Below are positions 10,301 to 20,000 of a stretch of 64,000 bases of DNA, piece after piece. How positions within the stretch are numbered: position 1 is the stretch's first letter; each line of letters begins with the position of its first letter. Below the pieces are notes generated by a model. The model was not told where the DNA came from. It ran no database searches and was given only the letters and a program-made list of their open reading frames with translations. Source of the stretch: Clostridiales bacterium (GTDB taxonomy: Bacteria > Bacillota > Clostridia > Christensenellales > UBA1242); the NCBI GenBank assembly GCA_003522085.1, contig DPGI01000004.1, positions 11,082-75,081 of the forward strand, written 5' to 3'. Position numbers and translations under genes: made by a program.

Positions 10301-10510
10301 GACAGAGATATTAAAATTGAACTTTATAAGGAAGAAAATGTGGTCGATGCGCGTTTGGTGGCTGTTCTTGCTAAATTTGGCGCAAGTTTAAGATTTGAGA
10401 ATTTGCCAATAATTAAGATTATAAAAGATAGGCCTTTGGTCAAAGAACTTGACGTGCTTATTGAATTTCTTGAAAGCGCAAAAAGCGAAAAACTTGGTAA
10501 ATCCGCTTAA
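7367..10510 (+). CDS. mfd: Transcription-repair coupling factor
   Basis: 1,047 aa. It has a CarD-like segment (GEYVVHDFHGIGK), SF2 helicase motifs (GDVGFGKTEVA, DEEQRFG, SATPIPRT) and a TRG motif region (LRGRIGRS). pth-mfd synteny supports the call. Confidence 0.95.
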   Translation: MAEIKDVLNALSQSPLGKAKHISGIKDGEKALLVALKGRSVVLSSDFVEAVKLKRNLTSLGQKCEIISAGREVGIKNDDNLAAFASGLANFVSHKLSHLIFLPSSIVTKFDLQPFLHPIRVAVGQEIAPTKLAEELIKIGYERVGLVSSEGEFALRGDIFDIFPMGSETPIRCDFFDENIENITFFNQNDMKNLEKIDNYLIFPSSLSVGENNVCDLCENVVADKIERLGPQIDLLLKSYSVMNEYDAKEYLHSDELKYTLAFSLSGGEDVRSEAEVSYLHNFADLASDLKIFDPEKQKVILFAGDENSKNRIKNFLLGQEISFYDFENSSFDEHGFFVSSFYFPNSFSFPELGIFAIGSDNLTKQKASVLSRAKKDAFYQPKIGEYVVHDFHGIGKCIKIERMSLAGCEKDYFVIEYRNGGTLYLPSEQASSLSAYVGEENPKMNTLGGREFEQMKAKVKEKLEGFALELMQAYKEREESKGYKFKSEPFLESAFANAFEFEETADQAQAISEVLADMESDKVMDRLLCGDVGFGKTEVAYRAAFKAVINNKQVAFLCPTTILSEQHFANAEKRMKDFGVKIEVLNRFKKPSEVKEILERVQKGEIDILIGTHKILSKNVVFKDLGLLIVDEEQRFGVADKEKIKAMKKNVDVLALSATPIPRTLHMSLAGIRDISVITTPPKDRLPIQTYVTSEDDDVVASVIRRELAREGKCFVIYNRVQSINLVAGHIASLVPEAKIGVAHGQMNERALQNVIDKLFQGQYNVFVSTTLIENGIDLPSANSMIIFDADLLGLSQLYQLRGRIGRSDKLSYAYLLYKQGKLLTEESYKRLEAIKEFRELGSGFKISMRDLEIRGAGNVFGKEQHGHIEKVGYDMYVKLLNETIGQLQGKVKRETKPVKIELPVDAFIPENYVPVSEERIAYYVKISECSSRDDVRSVLQSLSEGFGDVPQSVVNLTKIALIKNLSEQFNIKTVKFDRDIKIELYKEENVVDARLVAVLAKFGASLRFENLPIIKIIKDRPLVKELDVLIEFLESAKSEKLGKSA

Positions 10511-10578
10511 AAATGCTTGAAAAAGATAAATAAATAATATATACTTATATTTGTTAATCAACCAGGGAAAGGAAGGCT

Positions 10579-12366
10579 ATGAAAAATTCTAAAGTAACAA
10601 AAGTGATAGCAGCTGTTTGTTTATGCCTAATGTTAGGCGTTTCTTTGCTTGCAGGCTGCACGTTGGTCACTAAAGATATGGCAAAATATTACAACACCGT
10701 TGTTGCGTCATTCAGTTATGAAGACGGCACAACAGTTAACATCACAAAGAAAGAACTTATCACTGCATTTGGTTCATATGGTTATCAATATATTCAAAAA
10801 TACAAAATGGAAAAGCCAGAAGCATACAAGTTGACAATCGAAAGAATCATTGACAGCAAACTTACTGTAAAAAGTGCAGAAAAAGATGCCAAAGCCAAAA
10901 ATGGTGGCGAAGTTTTGACTACAAAAGAAAAGACATATTTGTGGAACAAAACTTATGATGCAATTCAAAATAACATTGTAAGTTATTACAACGACATCAA
11001 TGGAATTAAAGATGACTCTTCAAGCAAAGATTCTTCAGAAGGAATTTCAAGAGAAGTTTACACTCCAAAAGCAGAACTTGTTGGGGAAAACGGAAATTAC
11101 AGCATCAAAATCAAACAAACAAAAACCGATGAAATTGCACTTTATTTAAACAGTCGTGAAAATATTGATCGTGATTTTAATGTAGAAAACGATAAAGAAG
11201 CTTTGTATACTTACGTGTCAAATTTTGTTAGAGAAAACGCTAAATACACACAAGCTTACAACAAATATGTTGCTCAAGCAAAAAAAGCAGAAGACGGTAT
11301 GAAACTTTCAACTGACAACAAATCAGTTATGCAAAGAGAATTCAAAAGAATTTATGAAATTCTTTACGATTCACTCATGACTTCAAAATACACCGAATCT
11401 CATCAATCACAAAATTCTGTCACAACAATCAATCATATTTTAGAAACCTATCAGAACAAAGTAGCATCAGACTATAATAAATACATCACTGAAAAGGCAT
11501 CAGGCTATGACGACGCTGTTCTGAAAGATGTAAGCAAACTCAACTATTTTAAAGCAGCTGGAACTGAATACTTCTATGTTTCACACATTCTTGCAAAATT
11601 CAGCAAAGAACAACAAAATGAATATGACGAATGCACAAAATGCATCAAAGGCGAAAGCGATAAATATACTGTTGGCGTTGCAAAAGCAAAAATCGAACAA
11701 CTTTATGCAAATCTTGCTTTCCCAGTAAGACAATACAACGAAACAACAGGTAAATGGGAAGAAACCGGCGAAACAAAATCTCTTAAAGCTGTTTTGCAAG
11801 AAGTAAAACTTAAACTTGCTACTGCAGGTGACGACGAATATCTTAAAGCTGAATATTTTGACGAATTCGTTTATAAATACAACGAAGACACAGGAATTCA
11901 AAATAGTGCAAGAAACTATGTTATCGGCGTTGATTATACAACACCTGACACCAAAAAGGGAACGCCATACACTTCTCATTCAAACATGGTAGAACCTTTT
12001 ACAAACGCAGCGATTTCTGTTTACAACAATGGCAATGCAAAAGTTGGGGATATTTATTCATCAGAAGACGACGTGGGGCTTGTAAGAAGCAATTATGGCG
12101 TTCACATCATCGTTTATGAAGGCAAAGTTCAAAACCTTTTCACAGGAATTGACAAAAACTTTAAACTTTCAACAAAAGACATTGAAATGTTGGATTCAAA
12201 ACAGGCACGCCTTAAAGCGGGTGAATCAAAAACAATATTTGATGCAATCTTTGATGAAATCAACACTGACAGATATTCAGTTTATGAAAATATGAATCTT
12301 GAAAAACTTAGAAGTGAAGTCAGCATCAAATATTACCCAGACGGATACAAAGACCTTGTAAAATAG
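10579..12366 (+). CDS. PrsA/SurA-like peptidyl-prolyl isomerase lipoprotein (enlarged, 595 aa)
   Basis: Signal peptide with a canonical lipobox, LLAGC|T. Parvulin-type segments are present (YFYVSHILAKF ... VRSNYGVHIIVYEG). A foldase gene commonly follows mfd in Clostridia. Confidence 0.65.
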   Translation: MKNSKVTKVIAAVCLCLMLGVSLLAGCTLVTKDMAKYYNTVVASFSYEDGTTVNITKKELITAFGSYGYQYIQKYKMEKPEAYKLTIERIIDSKLTVKSAEKDAKAKNGGEVLTTKEKTYLWNKTYDAIQNNIVSYYNDINGIKDDSSSKDSSEGISREVYTPKAELVGENGNYSIKIKQTKTDEIALYLNSRENIDRDFNVENDKEALYTYVSNFVRENAKYTQAYNKYVAQAKKAEDGMKLSTDNKSVMQREFKRIYEILYDSLMTSKYTESHQSQNSVTTINHILETYQNKVASDYNKYITEKASGYDDAVLKDVSKLNYFKAAGTEYFYVSHILAKFSKEQQNEYDECTKCIKGESDKYTVGVAKAKIEQLYANLAFPVRQYNETTGKWEETGETKSLKAVLQEVKLKLATAGDDEYLKAEYFDEFVYKYNEDTGIQNSARNYVIGVDYTTPDTKKGTPYTSHSNMVEPFTNAAISVYNNGNAKVGDIYSSEDDVGLVRSNYGVHIIVYEGKVQNLFTGIDKNFKLSTKDIEMLDSKQARLKAGESKTIFDAIFDEINTDRYSVYENMNLEKLRSEVSIKYYPDGYKDLVK

Positions 12367-12405
12367 GATTATGATATATTAAGATATATATAATTAAATA
12401 AATGA

Positions 12406-12437
12406 ACTCTTGTTTTAATTGACAAGAGTTTTTTTAT
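12406..12437 (+). terminator. Intrinsic terminator after the PrsA-like gene
   Basis: Stem AACTCTTGT (12406-12414), 8-nt loop, stem ACAAGAGTT (12423-12431), then a T-run. Confidence 0.75.
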
Positions 12438-12454
12438 TTGCTAAACTTTAAAGC

Positions 12455-13747
12455 ATGGAAGAAAACGAGGAAGTTAAACAACCTGAAGAGCAAAAAGTTG
12501 AAGAGAAGAAAGTCTCTGATTTTTCTCAAATGGAAATTGAATTTCCTAAACTAAGCGAAGAAGAAAAAGCAAAGTTAGACGCATCACAGCAAGCTGTTGC
12601 AAAACGTAAGGGTAAAAATAAAAAATTATGGAACATTTTAATGTTTTTGCTTAACGTTGCAATCGTTGTGGGCATTTTTTTATACCAATTTCTTAAAAAT
12701 GAATTTGTTCCACTTTCAAACCTGCCAATAAATGTTGGATATCTGTTTGTTTGTTTTGGTTTGTTTGGATTGGCGCTCTTACTGGACACGTATTCAACCG
12801 AATATTTAGTTCGAAAAGCAAGCAAAAAACCAAGTTGGGGGCTGGGATTTAAAACGACTGTTTGTGGAAGATATTACGACGCAGTTACACCACTCTCAAC
12901 AGGCGGACAGCCATTTCAAGTAACATACTTGATGAGCAGGGGCATTTCATCAAGCGCATCTCTTTCAATTCCTATTGCTAAACTGTTCTTTTTTCAACTT
13001 TCTTGGTTTGTAGTTTCTTCAGTGTGTCTGATTGTTTCGTTTGTTGACACTTCATTCAACGCCTTTGTAAACATCGCGTCAATTATCGGTTTTGTGCTTA
13101 GTTTCGCAGTTATGTTTTTGACGCTGTTTCTTTCTATCAGTAAAAATGTAGGAAAGAAATTGGTTGCAAAAACTTTGAAATTGCTGCAAAAAATGAAAAT
13201 CATAAAAAATTATGAAAAGCAATATCAAAAAGTTATCAACTACGTCGAAGACTATCAAAACATTATGAGAGAATACGTCAAAAACCCAAAAGATTTCTTT
13301 ATTGAATTTCTTTCAGCACTGCTAAGAATAGTTGTTGTTTATTCGCTTCCTTTCTTTATTTATTGTGTATTCAGCGGCTTTACAACTGGACTTTATTTTA
13401 AGTTCTTTGTTATGGGTGTGCTTGTCGACTTGGCATCAAGCTTTATTCCTTTGCCTGGTGGAAGCGGAATGAACGAAGTTTCGTTCAGCCTTATGTTTGG
13501 CTTGTATTTTGAGGCGGGGCCACTTTTCTGGGCTATGCTTTTGTGGAGATTTTTCACATACTATGCATACTTATTGATCGGTCTTGGCATGATAACTTAT
13601 GATGTTGCCTACGGCAACCGAAAATATCGTTGGCTTAAAGTTGAAAAACAGTTGCAAGAAGAAAGCAAGGTCTTTAAAGATCAACAAATTGCAAACTTTA
13701 AAAAAGAAAGAGCATATCGCCGCAAAAGACAACTTAAAAAGTCGTAG
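12455..13747 (+). CDS. UPF0104/flippase-like (lysylphosphatidylglycerol-synthase TM-region family) membrane protein
   Basis: Polytopic, with the family-typical PLSTGGQPFQV and IPLPGGSGMNEVSF motifs. It also has an acidic N-terminal extension of about 55 aa and a basic C-tail. Confidence 0.7.
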   Translation: MEENEEVKQPEEQKVEEKKVSDFSQMEIEFPKLSEEEKAKLDASQQAVAKRKGKNKKLWNILMFLLNVAIVVGIFLYQFLKNEFVPLSNLPINVGYLFVCFGLFGLALLLDTYSTEYLVRKASKKPSWGLGFKTTVCGRYYDAVTPLSTGGQPFQVTYLMSRGISSSASLSIPIAKLFFFQLSWFVVSSVCLIVSFVDTSFNAFVNIASIIGFVLSFAVMFLTLFLSISKNVGKKLVAKTLKLLQKMKIIKNYEKQYQKVINYVEDYQNIMREYVKNPKDFFIEFLSALLRIVVVYSLPFFIYCVFSGFTTGLYFKFFVMGVLVDLASSFIPLPGGSGMNEVSFSLMFGLYFEAGPLFWAMLLWRFFTYYAYLLIGLGMITYDVAYGNRKYRWLKVEKQLQEESKVFKDQQIANFKKERAYRRKRQLKKS

Positions 13748-13782
13748 AGAATATATTTAATTAAATTGTAAAACCTAAAACC

Positions 13783-14316
13783 ATGAGAAAATTGTCAAAA
13801 ACATCTTATGGTTTTATTTTTACGATTGTTTTGCTGCTGATAACACTGGGCACTGTGCTTTATTTAGCACTGTCTGGCTGGTTTTATTCAAACACATCAA
13901 ATCTTGATTCCGATATTGTATTGGGACAAACTGTAAACATCGACATAAAGGAAAACGAGGCGCAGACTGTGGCATTTACGTTTCCGGGAGCATATTTGCC
14001 GGGGCAAAAAATAGATCAATTCATAAATATTACAAATGCAAGCAGTAAAAATCTTTATGTGCGAGCAAAAATCACTCTTTTTGACTATTCGTCAGGAGAA
14101 GCAAAACTGCAAGCGGGAGTCAGCGAACATTGGACCGAAAATGATGGTAAATATTATTTTGACAATGTTTTGCTGGCGTCAAACAAGGTGTCGTTTGCTT
14201 CGTATGTAAAACTGCTTGAAAACAGATACTACGATTCAACAAAAAATTATATTGTATCAGTTGTTGTCGAATCGCTGGATTCGAGTCTCGACAAAACAGC
14301 AATTTGGGGATATTAA
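13783..14316 (+). CDS. Membrane-anchored/secreted protein with weak TasA/camelysin-like (SipW-cognate-type) features
   Basis: N-terminal hydrophobic anchor, then LPGQKIDQFINITNASSKNLYVRAKITL and W.ENDGKYYFDNVL, which resemble TasA-family beta-sandwich proteins. The call rests on pattern recognition only. Confidence 0.4.
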   Translation: MRKLSKTSYGFIFTIVLLLITLGTVLYLALSGWFYSNTSNLDSDIVLGQTVNIDIKENEAQTVAFTFPGAYLPGQKIDQFINITNASSKNLYVRAKITLFDYSSGEAKLQAGVSEHWTENDGKYYFDNVLLASNKVSFASYVKLLENRYYDSTKNYIVSVVVESLDSSLDKTAIWGY

Positions 14317-14344
14317 AAATTTTAAAACCGTCAATAATTCAGTT

Positions 14345-14797
14345 ATGAAAAAGTTGGCGGTATTTTTAATTGCGGGGGTGCTGATTTCGCTTGTGGGGAT
14401 TATCCCGAGCGACAATATTTTTGATTTAAAAGGAATAGAAAGTGCAAAATTTGTTATGACAGCAGAGGCAGCGCAAAACGAAGAGCTTGATTTTGTCCAA
14501 AGCGGAGAAGATGCGATTGTTGAAATTAAACAATCCGAATTAAAGGAAAAATATCAAAAATATTCGCCTAAAAGCGTTGTTTTAGAGTTTAAAAAAGGAA
14601 AAACACAATATATAACCGATTTTTTGAATCTTTCCCTTGCAAGCGAGCAGGAGATTGACGGAATTCGAATTATTTATGGCTACACTTCTTTTTATAAAGA
14701 TTCTCAATATATAGATGGCAAAAAAATCAATGTTATGCTTGTTGAAAAAGATGATTGCGTGTTGGTTGGATTTCCGATAATTATGACGGGATTTTAA
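14345..14797 (+). CDS. Secreted YwmB-like (DUF1779) protein, 150 aa
   Basis: The true start is probably ATG 14345 (MKKLAVFLIAGVLISLVG signal-like), because the upstream part of track ORF 14216-14797 overlaps the previous gene. The C-terminal IIYGYT...IDGKKINVMLVEKDDCVLVGFPIIMTGF resembles the YwmB family ending. Synteny with a spoIIQ-like gene and spoIIID is consistent. Confidence 0.4.
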   Translation: MKKLAVFLIAGVLISLVGIIPSDNIFDLKGIESAKFVMTAEAAQNEELDFVQSGEDAIVEIKQSELKEKYQKYSPKSVVLEFKKGKTQYITDFLNLSLASEQEIDGIRIIYGYTSFYKDSQYIDGKKINVMLVEKDDCVLVGFPIIMTGF

Positions 14798-14844
14798 TGT
14801 ATAAACACAAAAATTGTGGCAATAACTTATCTAGGGAGGGGAAA

Positions 14845-15420
14845 ATGGAATTGAAAGCTGAAAACAAATTTATCACATTTATCAAAAGGTTTGGTTACTA
14901 CATCTTGGGAGGCATCATTGTTCTGGCGTTAATTTTGACAGCGACTTTGGTTGGCGTGTTTGCAAACAAGCATACTCCGGCTGTTGACGTTGATACAAAT
15001 CCTTTGGTGTTTGGTCTGCCTACAAACGGCGCGAGTGTCATTAAAGATTTTTCAGACACAAAGTTGCAGTTTAATGAAACCTTAAATAAATGGGAAGCGC
15101 ACTATTCGGTCGACCTTGCAGGTGATGACTTAAATGTTCTTGCAGTTTTAGATGGGAAAGTCAGTAGTGTAGATTACAAATACATGTCTGGTTATACTGT
15201 AACCATCGCGCACGCGGACGGATTTGAAAGTGTTTATGCTTCGCTTGATGAAAGCGTTCAAGTAAAAGCGGGCGACACTGTAAGCAAGGGACAAATACTT
15301 GGGCAAATGTCAACGTCGGCTGCTGGTGAATCGACCTATGGCGCCCACTTAGATTTTACTCTTAAACAAAACGGCAAAGAAGTAGATCCAAATAATTATA
15401 TCGCTTTGCAAAATAAATAA
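14845..15420 (+). CDS. Membrane-anchored M23/LytM-domain protein, SpoIIQ-like
   Basis: Start ATG 14845 follows GGGAGGGG. There is an N-terminal TM helix (YYILGGIIVLALILTATLVGVF). The LytM domain has an HxxxD motif (HYSVD) but HLD (AHLDFTL) in place of the usual HxH. It lies just upstream of spoIIID, as spoIIQ does in Bacillus. Confidence 0.65.
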   Translation: MELKAENKFITFIKRFGYYILGGIIVLALILTATLVGVFANKHTPAVDVDTNPLVFGLPTNGASVIKDFSDTKLQFNETLNKWEAHYSVDLAGDDLNVLAVLDGKVSSVDYKYMSGYTVTIAHADGFESVYASLDESVQVKAGDTVSKGQILGQMSTSAAGESTYGAHLDFTLKQNGKEVDPNNYIALQNK

Positions 15421-15423
15421 CGA

Positions 15424-15452
15424 AAAAGAGACGTCAAAATGGCGTCTTTTTT
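15424..15452 (+). terminator. Intrinsic terminator after the M23 gene
   Basis: AAAGAGACG(T)C ... G(G)CGTCTTT hairpin with an AAAAT loop, followed by a T-run. Confidence 0.65.
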
Positions 15453-15480
15453 AATAAAGTGATAAAACCAATAAAAACAT

Positions 15481-15510
15481 TTGTCTTTTTTCACGTTTTT
15501 ATGATATAAT
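15481..15510 (+). promoter_or_regulatory. Sigma-A-type promoter for acpP
   Basis: TTGTCT (15481-15486), 18-nt spacer, extended -10 TGaTATAAT (15502-15510). Confidence 0.45.
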
Positions 15511-15529
15511 ACAAGACGTGGAGGAAAAC

Positions 15530-15748
15530 ATGAAAGAAAAGATTAAAAATTTGATCGCCGATCAACTTTGCATTTCTCCAGATGATATTGCTGATGATGC
15601 TGATATTGTAAATGATTTAGGAGCAGATTCTTTGGATATTGTTGAAATGCTTATGACACTTGAAGATGAATTCGGAGTTAAAATCCCAGACGATCAAGCA
15701 AATAAAATTCGTTCAGTTAATGCAATTTGCGAAATAATTAAAAAATAG
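15530..15748 (+). CDS. acpP: Acyl carrier protein
   Basis: LGADSLDIVE phosphopantetheine-attachment motif. The product is 72 aa from ATG 15530, with a GGAGG RBS at 15520-15524. The track start at 15518 is GTG inside the RBS. Confidence 0.9.
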   Translation: MKEKIKNLIADQLCISPDDIADDADIVNDLGADSLDIVEMLMTLEDEFGVKIPDDQANKIRSVNAICEIIKK

Positions 15749-15763
15749 TTTTCAGTTTACGAC

Positions 15764-15796
15764 AAAGCAGCCACGAAAGAGGCTGCTTTTATTTTG
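15764..15796 (+). terminator. Intrinsic terminator after acpP
   Basis: Stem AAAGCAGCC (15764-15772), loop ACGAAAGA, stem GGCTGCTTT (15781-15789), then TTTTATTTT. Confidence 0.8.
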
Positions 15797-15853
15797 CAAA
15801 TTTTGACATAAACCGACAAGAAAGTGAATAGGTTATTGTCAAGGAGGATTGCC

Positions 15854-16102
15854 GTGAGGGAAGATATTGACAAGCGAGTTTCACTTGAAGCAGAATATAT
15901 CATATCAACGCACAGCACTTTAAGACAAACCGCAAAACTTTTTGGGGTAAGCAAAAGCACAGTTCATGTTGACATGTCACAGAGACTTAAAAAAATAAAT
16001 GGGAAAAAATATAAAAAAATAGAAAAAATTCTGCAAATAAATTTTGCAGAAAAGCATATTCGTGGGGGCAAGGCAACAAAAGAAAAATATTTATATGCAT
16101 AA
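15854..16102 (+). CDS. spoIIID: Stage III sporulation protein D (HTH transcription factor)
   Basis: The core AKLFGVSKSTVHVDMSQRL ... HIRGGKATKEKY matches SpoIIID (B. subtilis has FGVSKSTVHKDL ... RGGEATK). GTG 15854 lies 6 nt after AGGAGG (15842-15847). Confidence 0.9.
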   Translation: MREDIDKRVSLEAEYIISTHSTLRQTAKLFGVSKSTVHVDMSQRLKKINGKKYKKIEKILQINFAEKHIRGGKATKEKYLYA

Positions 16103-16103
16103 A

Positions 16104-16140
16104 ATTATTCGCCTTTAATTTAAAGGCGAATAATTGTTTT
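16104..16140. terminator. Bidirectional intrinsic terminator between spoIIID and the convergent PP-loop ATPase gene
   Basis: Perfect 14-bp stem ATTATTCGCCTTTA (16104-16117), loop ATT, stem TAAAGGCGAATAAT (16121-16134), then a T-run. Confidence 0.85.
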
Positions 16141-16845
16141 TTATTTCCATAAATTGTATCTTTCGGGGTGGACAAGCGCATTTAATATCTTATTTTTGCA
16201 ATTTGGATATAAATTATTTAATTTTTCCATTATTTTTTTAGCATTTTCACGCTCTGAAAAATGATTTTTAGGACAAATATTGTGAATTATTGGCATATTT
16301 TTTGTGGCATTTATTATGTCATTTTCTTCGACTAATAAAAATGGTCTAATCACGGTCAATTCGGTGCGCGAAAGATATGATTTTGGCTGCATTACATAAA
16401 GGCGTCCTTCAAAAAATATACTCATCAAAAACGTCTCAACAAGGTCGTCGCTGTGGTGGGCAAGAGCCACTTTGTTGCAGCCTAATTTTTTTGCGGCTGT
16501 GTTTAAGATTCCGCGGCGCATATTGGCGCAAAGTGAACATGGATTTTTCTCTTTTTTTATGTCGAATACAATTTCGAAAACATTTGAATTTTCAATATAA
16601 AACTCCACTTCGTGTTGCTTGCAAAATTCAGCGACCTCACTGTAATCCATTTCACCGTTTGAAAGGTCTACACTTATAGCAACAAGATCAAACTTTTTGT
16701 CCGAAAATTTTTGAAACTCGCGCAGTGCAACCATCAGTGCCAAACTGTCTTTTCCGCCGGATAATCCAACGGCGATTTTATCACCATTTTCTATGAGCGA
16801 TTGTTCTTCTATTAACTTTCTCGTTAGTGACATTATTTTTCGCAT
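16141..16845 (-). CDS. PP-loop ATPase, TtcA-like tRNA 2-thiocytidine synthetase family
   Basis: SGGKDS PP-loop, NPCSLCANMRRG motif and a second Cys region (NICPK). At 234 aa it is typical of the TtcA/TIGR00269-type family. Confidence 0.7.
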   Translation of the reverse strand: MRKIMSLTRKLIEEQSLIENGDKIAVGLSGGKDSLALMVALREFQKFSDKKFDLVAISVDLSNGEMDYSEVAEFCKQHEVEFYIENSNVFEIVFDIKKEKNPCSLCANMRRGILNTAAKKLGCNKVALAHHSDDLVETFLMSIFFEGRLYVMQPKSYLSRTELTVIRPFLLVEENDIINATKNMPIIHNICPKNHFSERENAKKIMEKLNNLYPNCKNKILNALVHPERYNLWK

Positions 16846-16910
16846 AAAATTACCTCGAAAATATTATAACAAAATAATATTTTGTTGGCAAGTTTTGACT
16901 TGCAATTTAT

Positions 16911-16940
16911 TTGACAATATTCTTATTTTTGTTTTATAAT
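16911..16940 (+). promoter_or_regulatory. Consensus sigma-A promoter upstream of the giant gene
   Basis: TTGACA (16911-16916), 18-nt spacer, TATAAT (16935-16940). Both hexamers match consensus perfectly. It lies about 85 nt upstream of the start codon. Confidence 0.55.
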
Positions 16941-17026
16941 TTTATATATCTAGAAAAATATTATTTTTCTTCCGACAAAAAACATATTTTTTTTCGAAAT
17001 TAAAATAATAAATATAGGAGGAAATT

Positions 17027-20000
17027 TTGAAAAATAAAATCAGTAAAATTTTCTTAGCGTTATTTAGTGTATTTCTTCTCGTCGGTGGCGGAATTTTTTC
17101 TGCCTGCGGGAAAGAGCAACCTCAAGCAACAATCGAAGTTTCTTCCTCAGATTTTGCAGGAGATGATTATATTGAAATTGATTTAGGTTCGTCAATCAAC
17201 ACTGCAACCATCACGGCTAAGGTGACAGGGGCAAGTGCCGGCATAGTGTCGGTTAACAACGACTATCAAGATAAAATTGCAACCTCAGCTGTTTATGACA
17301 GCAAAACCGAATCAACAGTTATCACTATAGTCGGCAAAAGCGAAGGCAATGCCGAGTTGATTTTAAAATCTCACGGCAATGGGCAACGAATTATCAGAGT
17401 TTATGTTTACAGCGATATCTTAGCGCTTGACCCAAGCGACGAATTGTCAGAACAATATGTTGTTCGTGGACAAAGCAATATTTTAAATCCTGACAAATTA
17501 TTGAAATTCACGTCACGTCCCAATGGAGAAAGCAATCGTAAAAATGTTACTTGGTCGTTGAAAACTCAAGATGAAAACCTTTCAATCGACGGCAATGTGC
17601 TTACAGTTGGAGAGGACTATCAAAAATTCAACACAGAAGCAAGTGTAGAAGTTTATGCGGATTCTGTTTACGTTGACAAACGTGCGACAATAAAACTTAA
17701 CGTTATTTCACCTTTACCTGATTTTGCCACTTACATTTCAAGAACAAGCGATGCGCAAGGCACCGAACTTACAGAAGCCGGCCAAGCATTCAACTTAGTA
17801 AAAAACAACGACTTAAACGAAGAAGCTTCGTTGTATGCACGTTTGGTTGTTCCTGTTTCATCAAAATTGAATGTTACACCAAAAGTGTATGATGCAGAAG
17901 GCAGAACAATAACAGACAAGCTTGACATCACACTTTTCAATTCTCGCATCATCAGCAACACAAACGAAATTATTTATTTAATCAAAGCAAAAAGCCAAAT
18001 TATAGAACCTCAAAAACTTACTGTTTGCTTTGATGTTGCATACGAAAAATATTCATATACAAAAGAGTCAACAAAATTTGCTGTTGACCTTGTTGACGTT
18101 ATTGACAGGATTGACGTTAAATCAAACAACTTGTCAATAACCAAAAACGAATCAATCAACGTTTACGATTATTACAACAACGATTCGTCATATCAATTTG
18201 GGCATCCTTTCTATGTTGCGCTTGGCCCAGACACTGTTGCAAACAGCTTAGCAAAATATTTTGTTCAAGTGACAATCCCAGCCGGAAGATCAATCAACGG
18301 CACTGTGCTTTTGAGCGATCAGTTTGGCAACCCAATCAGTTTTGGAGAAAAAATTGACAGCACCGCACTTGGCGATGTTTATCGCAGTCAGCCAATCAAC
18401 AACAAAACGGTTGTTTACTTAATTGCAGGAAATGCATTCACAAACGGCGATGAAATTGATTGCGTGTTTATGTCGCAACAATCTGAAAGTGTAAACTTGC
18501 CAATTAAAATCAGACTTTACAACTCTCCAAAAGACAACTTTGATATTGACGGAGGAGATTTAGAATACTATCTTTCAACCAACAAACACGACAGAAAGAT
18601 TGTCGAAATTTCCTCTTCATCTTTGATGGGAATCGACAAGGCAGGAGTGAAACTTAGTTATGAAGAAAATGACAAAATTAAAGTTTCAAACTATCAATTT
18701 GACTCTGAAACCGGCAAAATTTCGTTCACAATCGAAAATTTGGCGTTAAATCTTTCTGGAAACGATGCAAAACTTGCTATAAAAGTCGAACACAAAAACG
18801 GATTTGTATCAAAACAAGAAATAATAGTTTCGGCATTTATTCCACTTAAAAATGCGTATGTGAATTATCAAGGGCAATCAACAACGGCTGTTTCTAAAAC
18901 AGAATACGGCAAACAAAACTTTAACAGCACAAATGTTGAAGGCGAAGGGGATAACACATTAACAAGATTGGTGTTAAAAACCGGCAGCACAGTAAGCATG
19001 ACTTTCAACAGCAACTGCAATGCTAATGTTGCGTTTAAATTTGTTAAAGGTGTAAACCTTGATACGATTGAAGATGAAAACGCAAAACTTCAAGAACTGA
19101 TCAATGCAACTGAAGACACTTCAGTCAACAATCCACTTGCAAATGCTGGCAGAATGACAATGCCATCGGTCGATGTGAAAGGATATGCTCTTGTGACTTT
19201 CACCGGATATGATGAAGACCATCAGGAAATAACATTCTACAGATATTTTGCATTGGAAGGTTATACTTCGCCAACAAGATTGACAGCAAATGTTGACGAA
19301 AAAGGCGTTGAACTTTTTGCAGCGGATTCCATTTCATCTGAAGACACTCAACTTTCTACTTCACGAATCACGATAAGATACAGAACAGACGGATTGCCTG
19401 TTACATATTTTGGAAATGGAAACGGCGCAACTGTTAACATTGCTCGAGGAAACACGATTTCAATTTCAAATGAAAATCACACAAATGAAACAATCAGTTT
19501 TGACGTAACCGCGCTTACTACAAATGGCTACAGCGCTTGGGAAGATCAAATCCTTGTATCATATAAAGTTTTCAACTCTGTTTATTATGCTCAAATCAAC
19601 GTTTCAATCAAAAACGCACAACGTGTTGAAAAAGTTGTTTACACGAACCAAAATCCAGACGACGGAATTATTTATCTTGACGTAAACGGCACAACTTCAA
19701 ATGAAAGAAATGCAGTGATTTTAACATCTGTTACTCCAAGCAATGCTTACAACCAAGAACTCAGATATATTTTCGTTGCCGACAGCGGCACACAATCTGA
19801 TCTTGTATCAGTAAACGAACTTGGCGCGGTTTCATTTAAGGCGGGAACTCGCGTAGGCGGAACAGGATATATTTATGTTCTTCCAAAAGACGCAATTCGC
19901 AACATCGGCGGCGCCCAAGGGATTAAATATTATGTAGACGGCGACGACAATGTGAAAAATGTTTTGCTGACAGAAATTGCAACAAAATACGATGAAATCA

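Noticed and set aside
16868-16886. 19-bp perfect palindrome AACAAAATAATATTTTGTT between ttcA-like and the giant-gene promoter, as a possible operator
   Set aside because: It is AT-rich with 9-bp arms. My rough estimate is that about one such palindrome is expected by chance in 64 kb of this composition. There is no second copy and no cognate regulator nearby.
16987-16994. T8 homopolymer upstream of giant 1 as a phase-variation tract
   Set aside because: It lies downstream of the predicted -10 box, in the 5' UTR. It is neither in the promoter spacer nor in the coding sequence, so length changes would not obviously switch expression.
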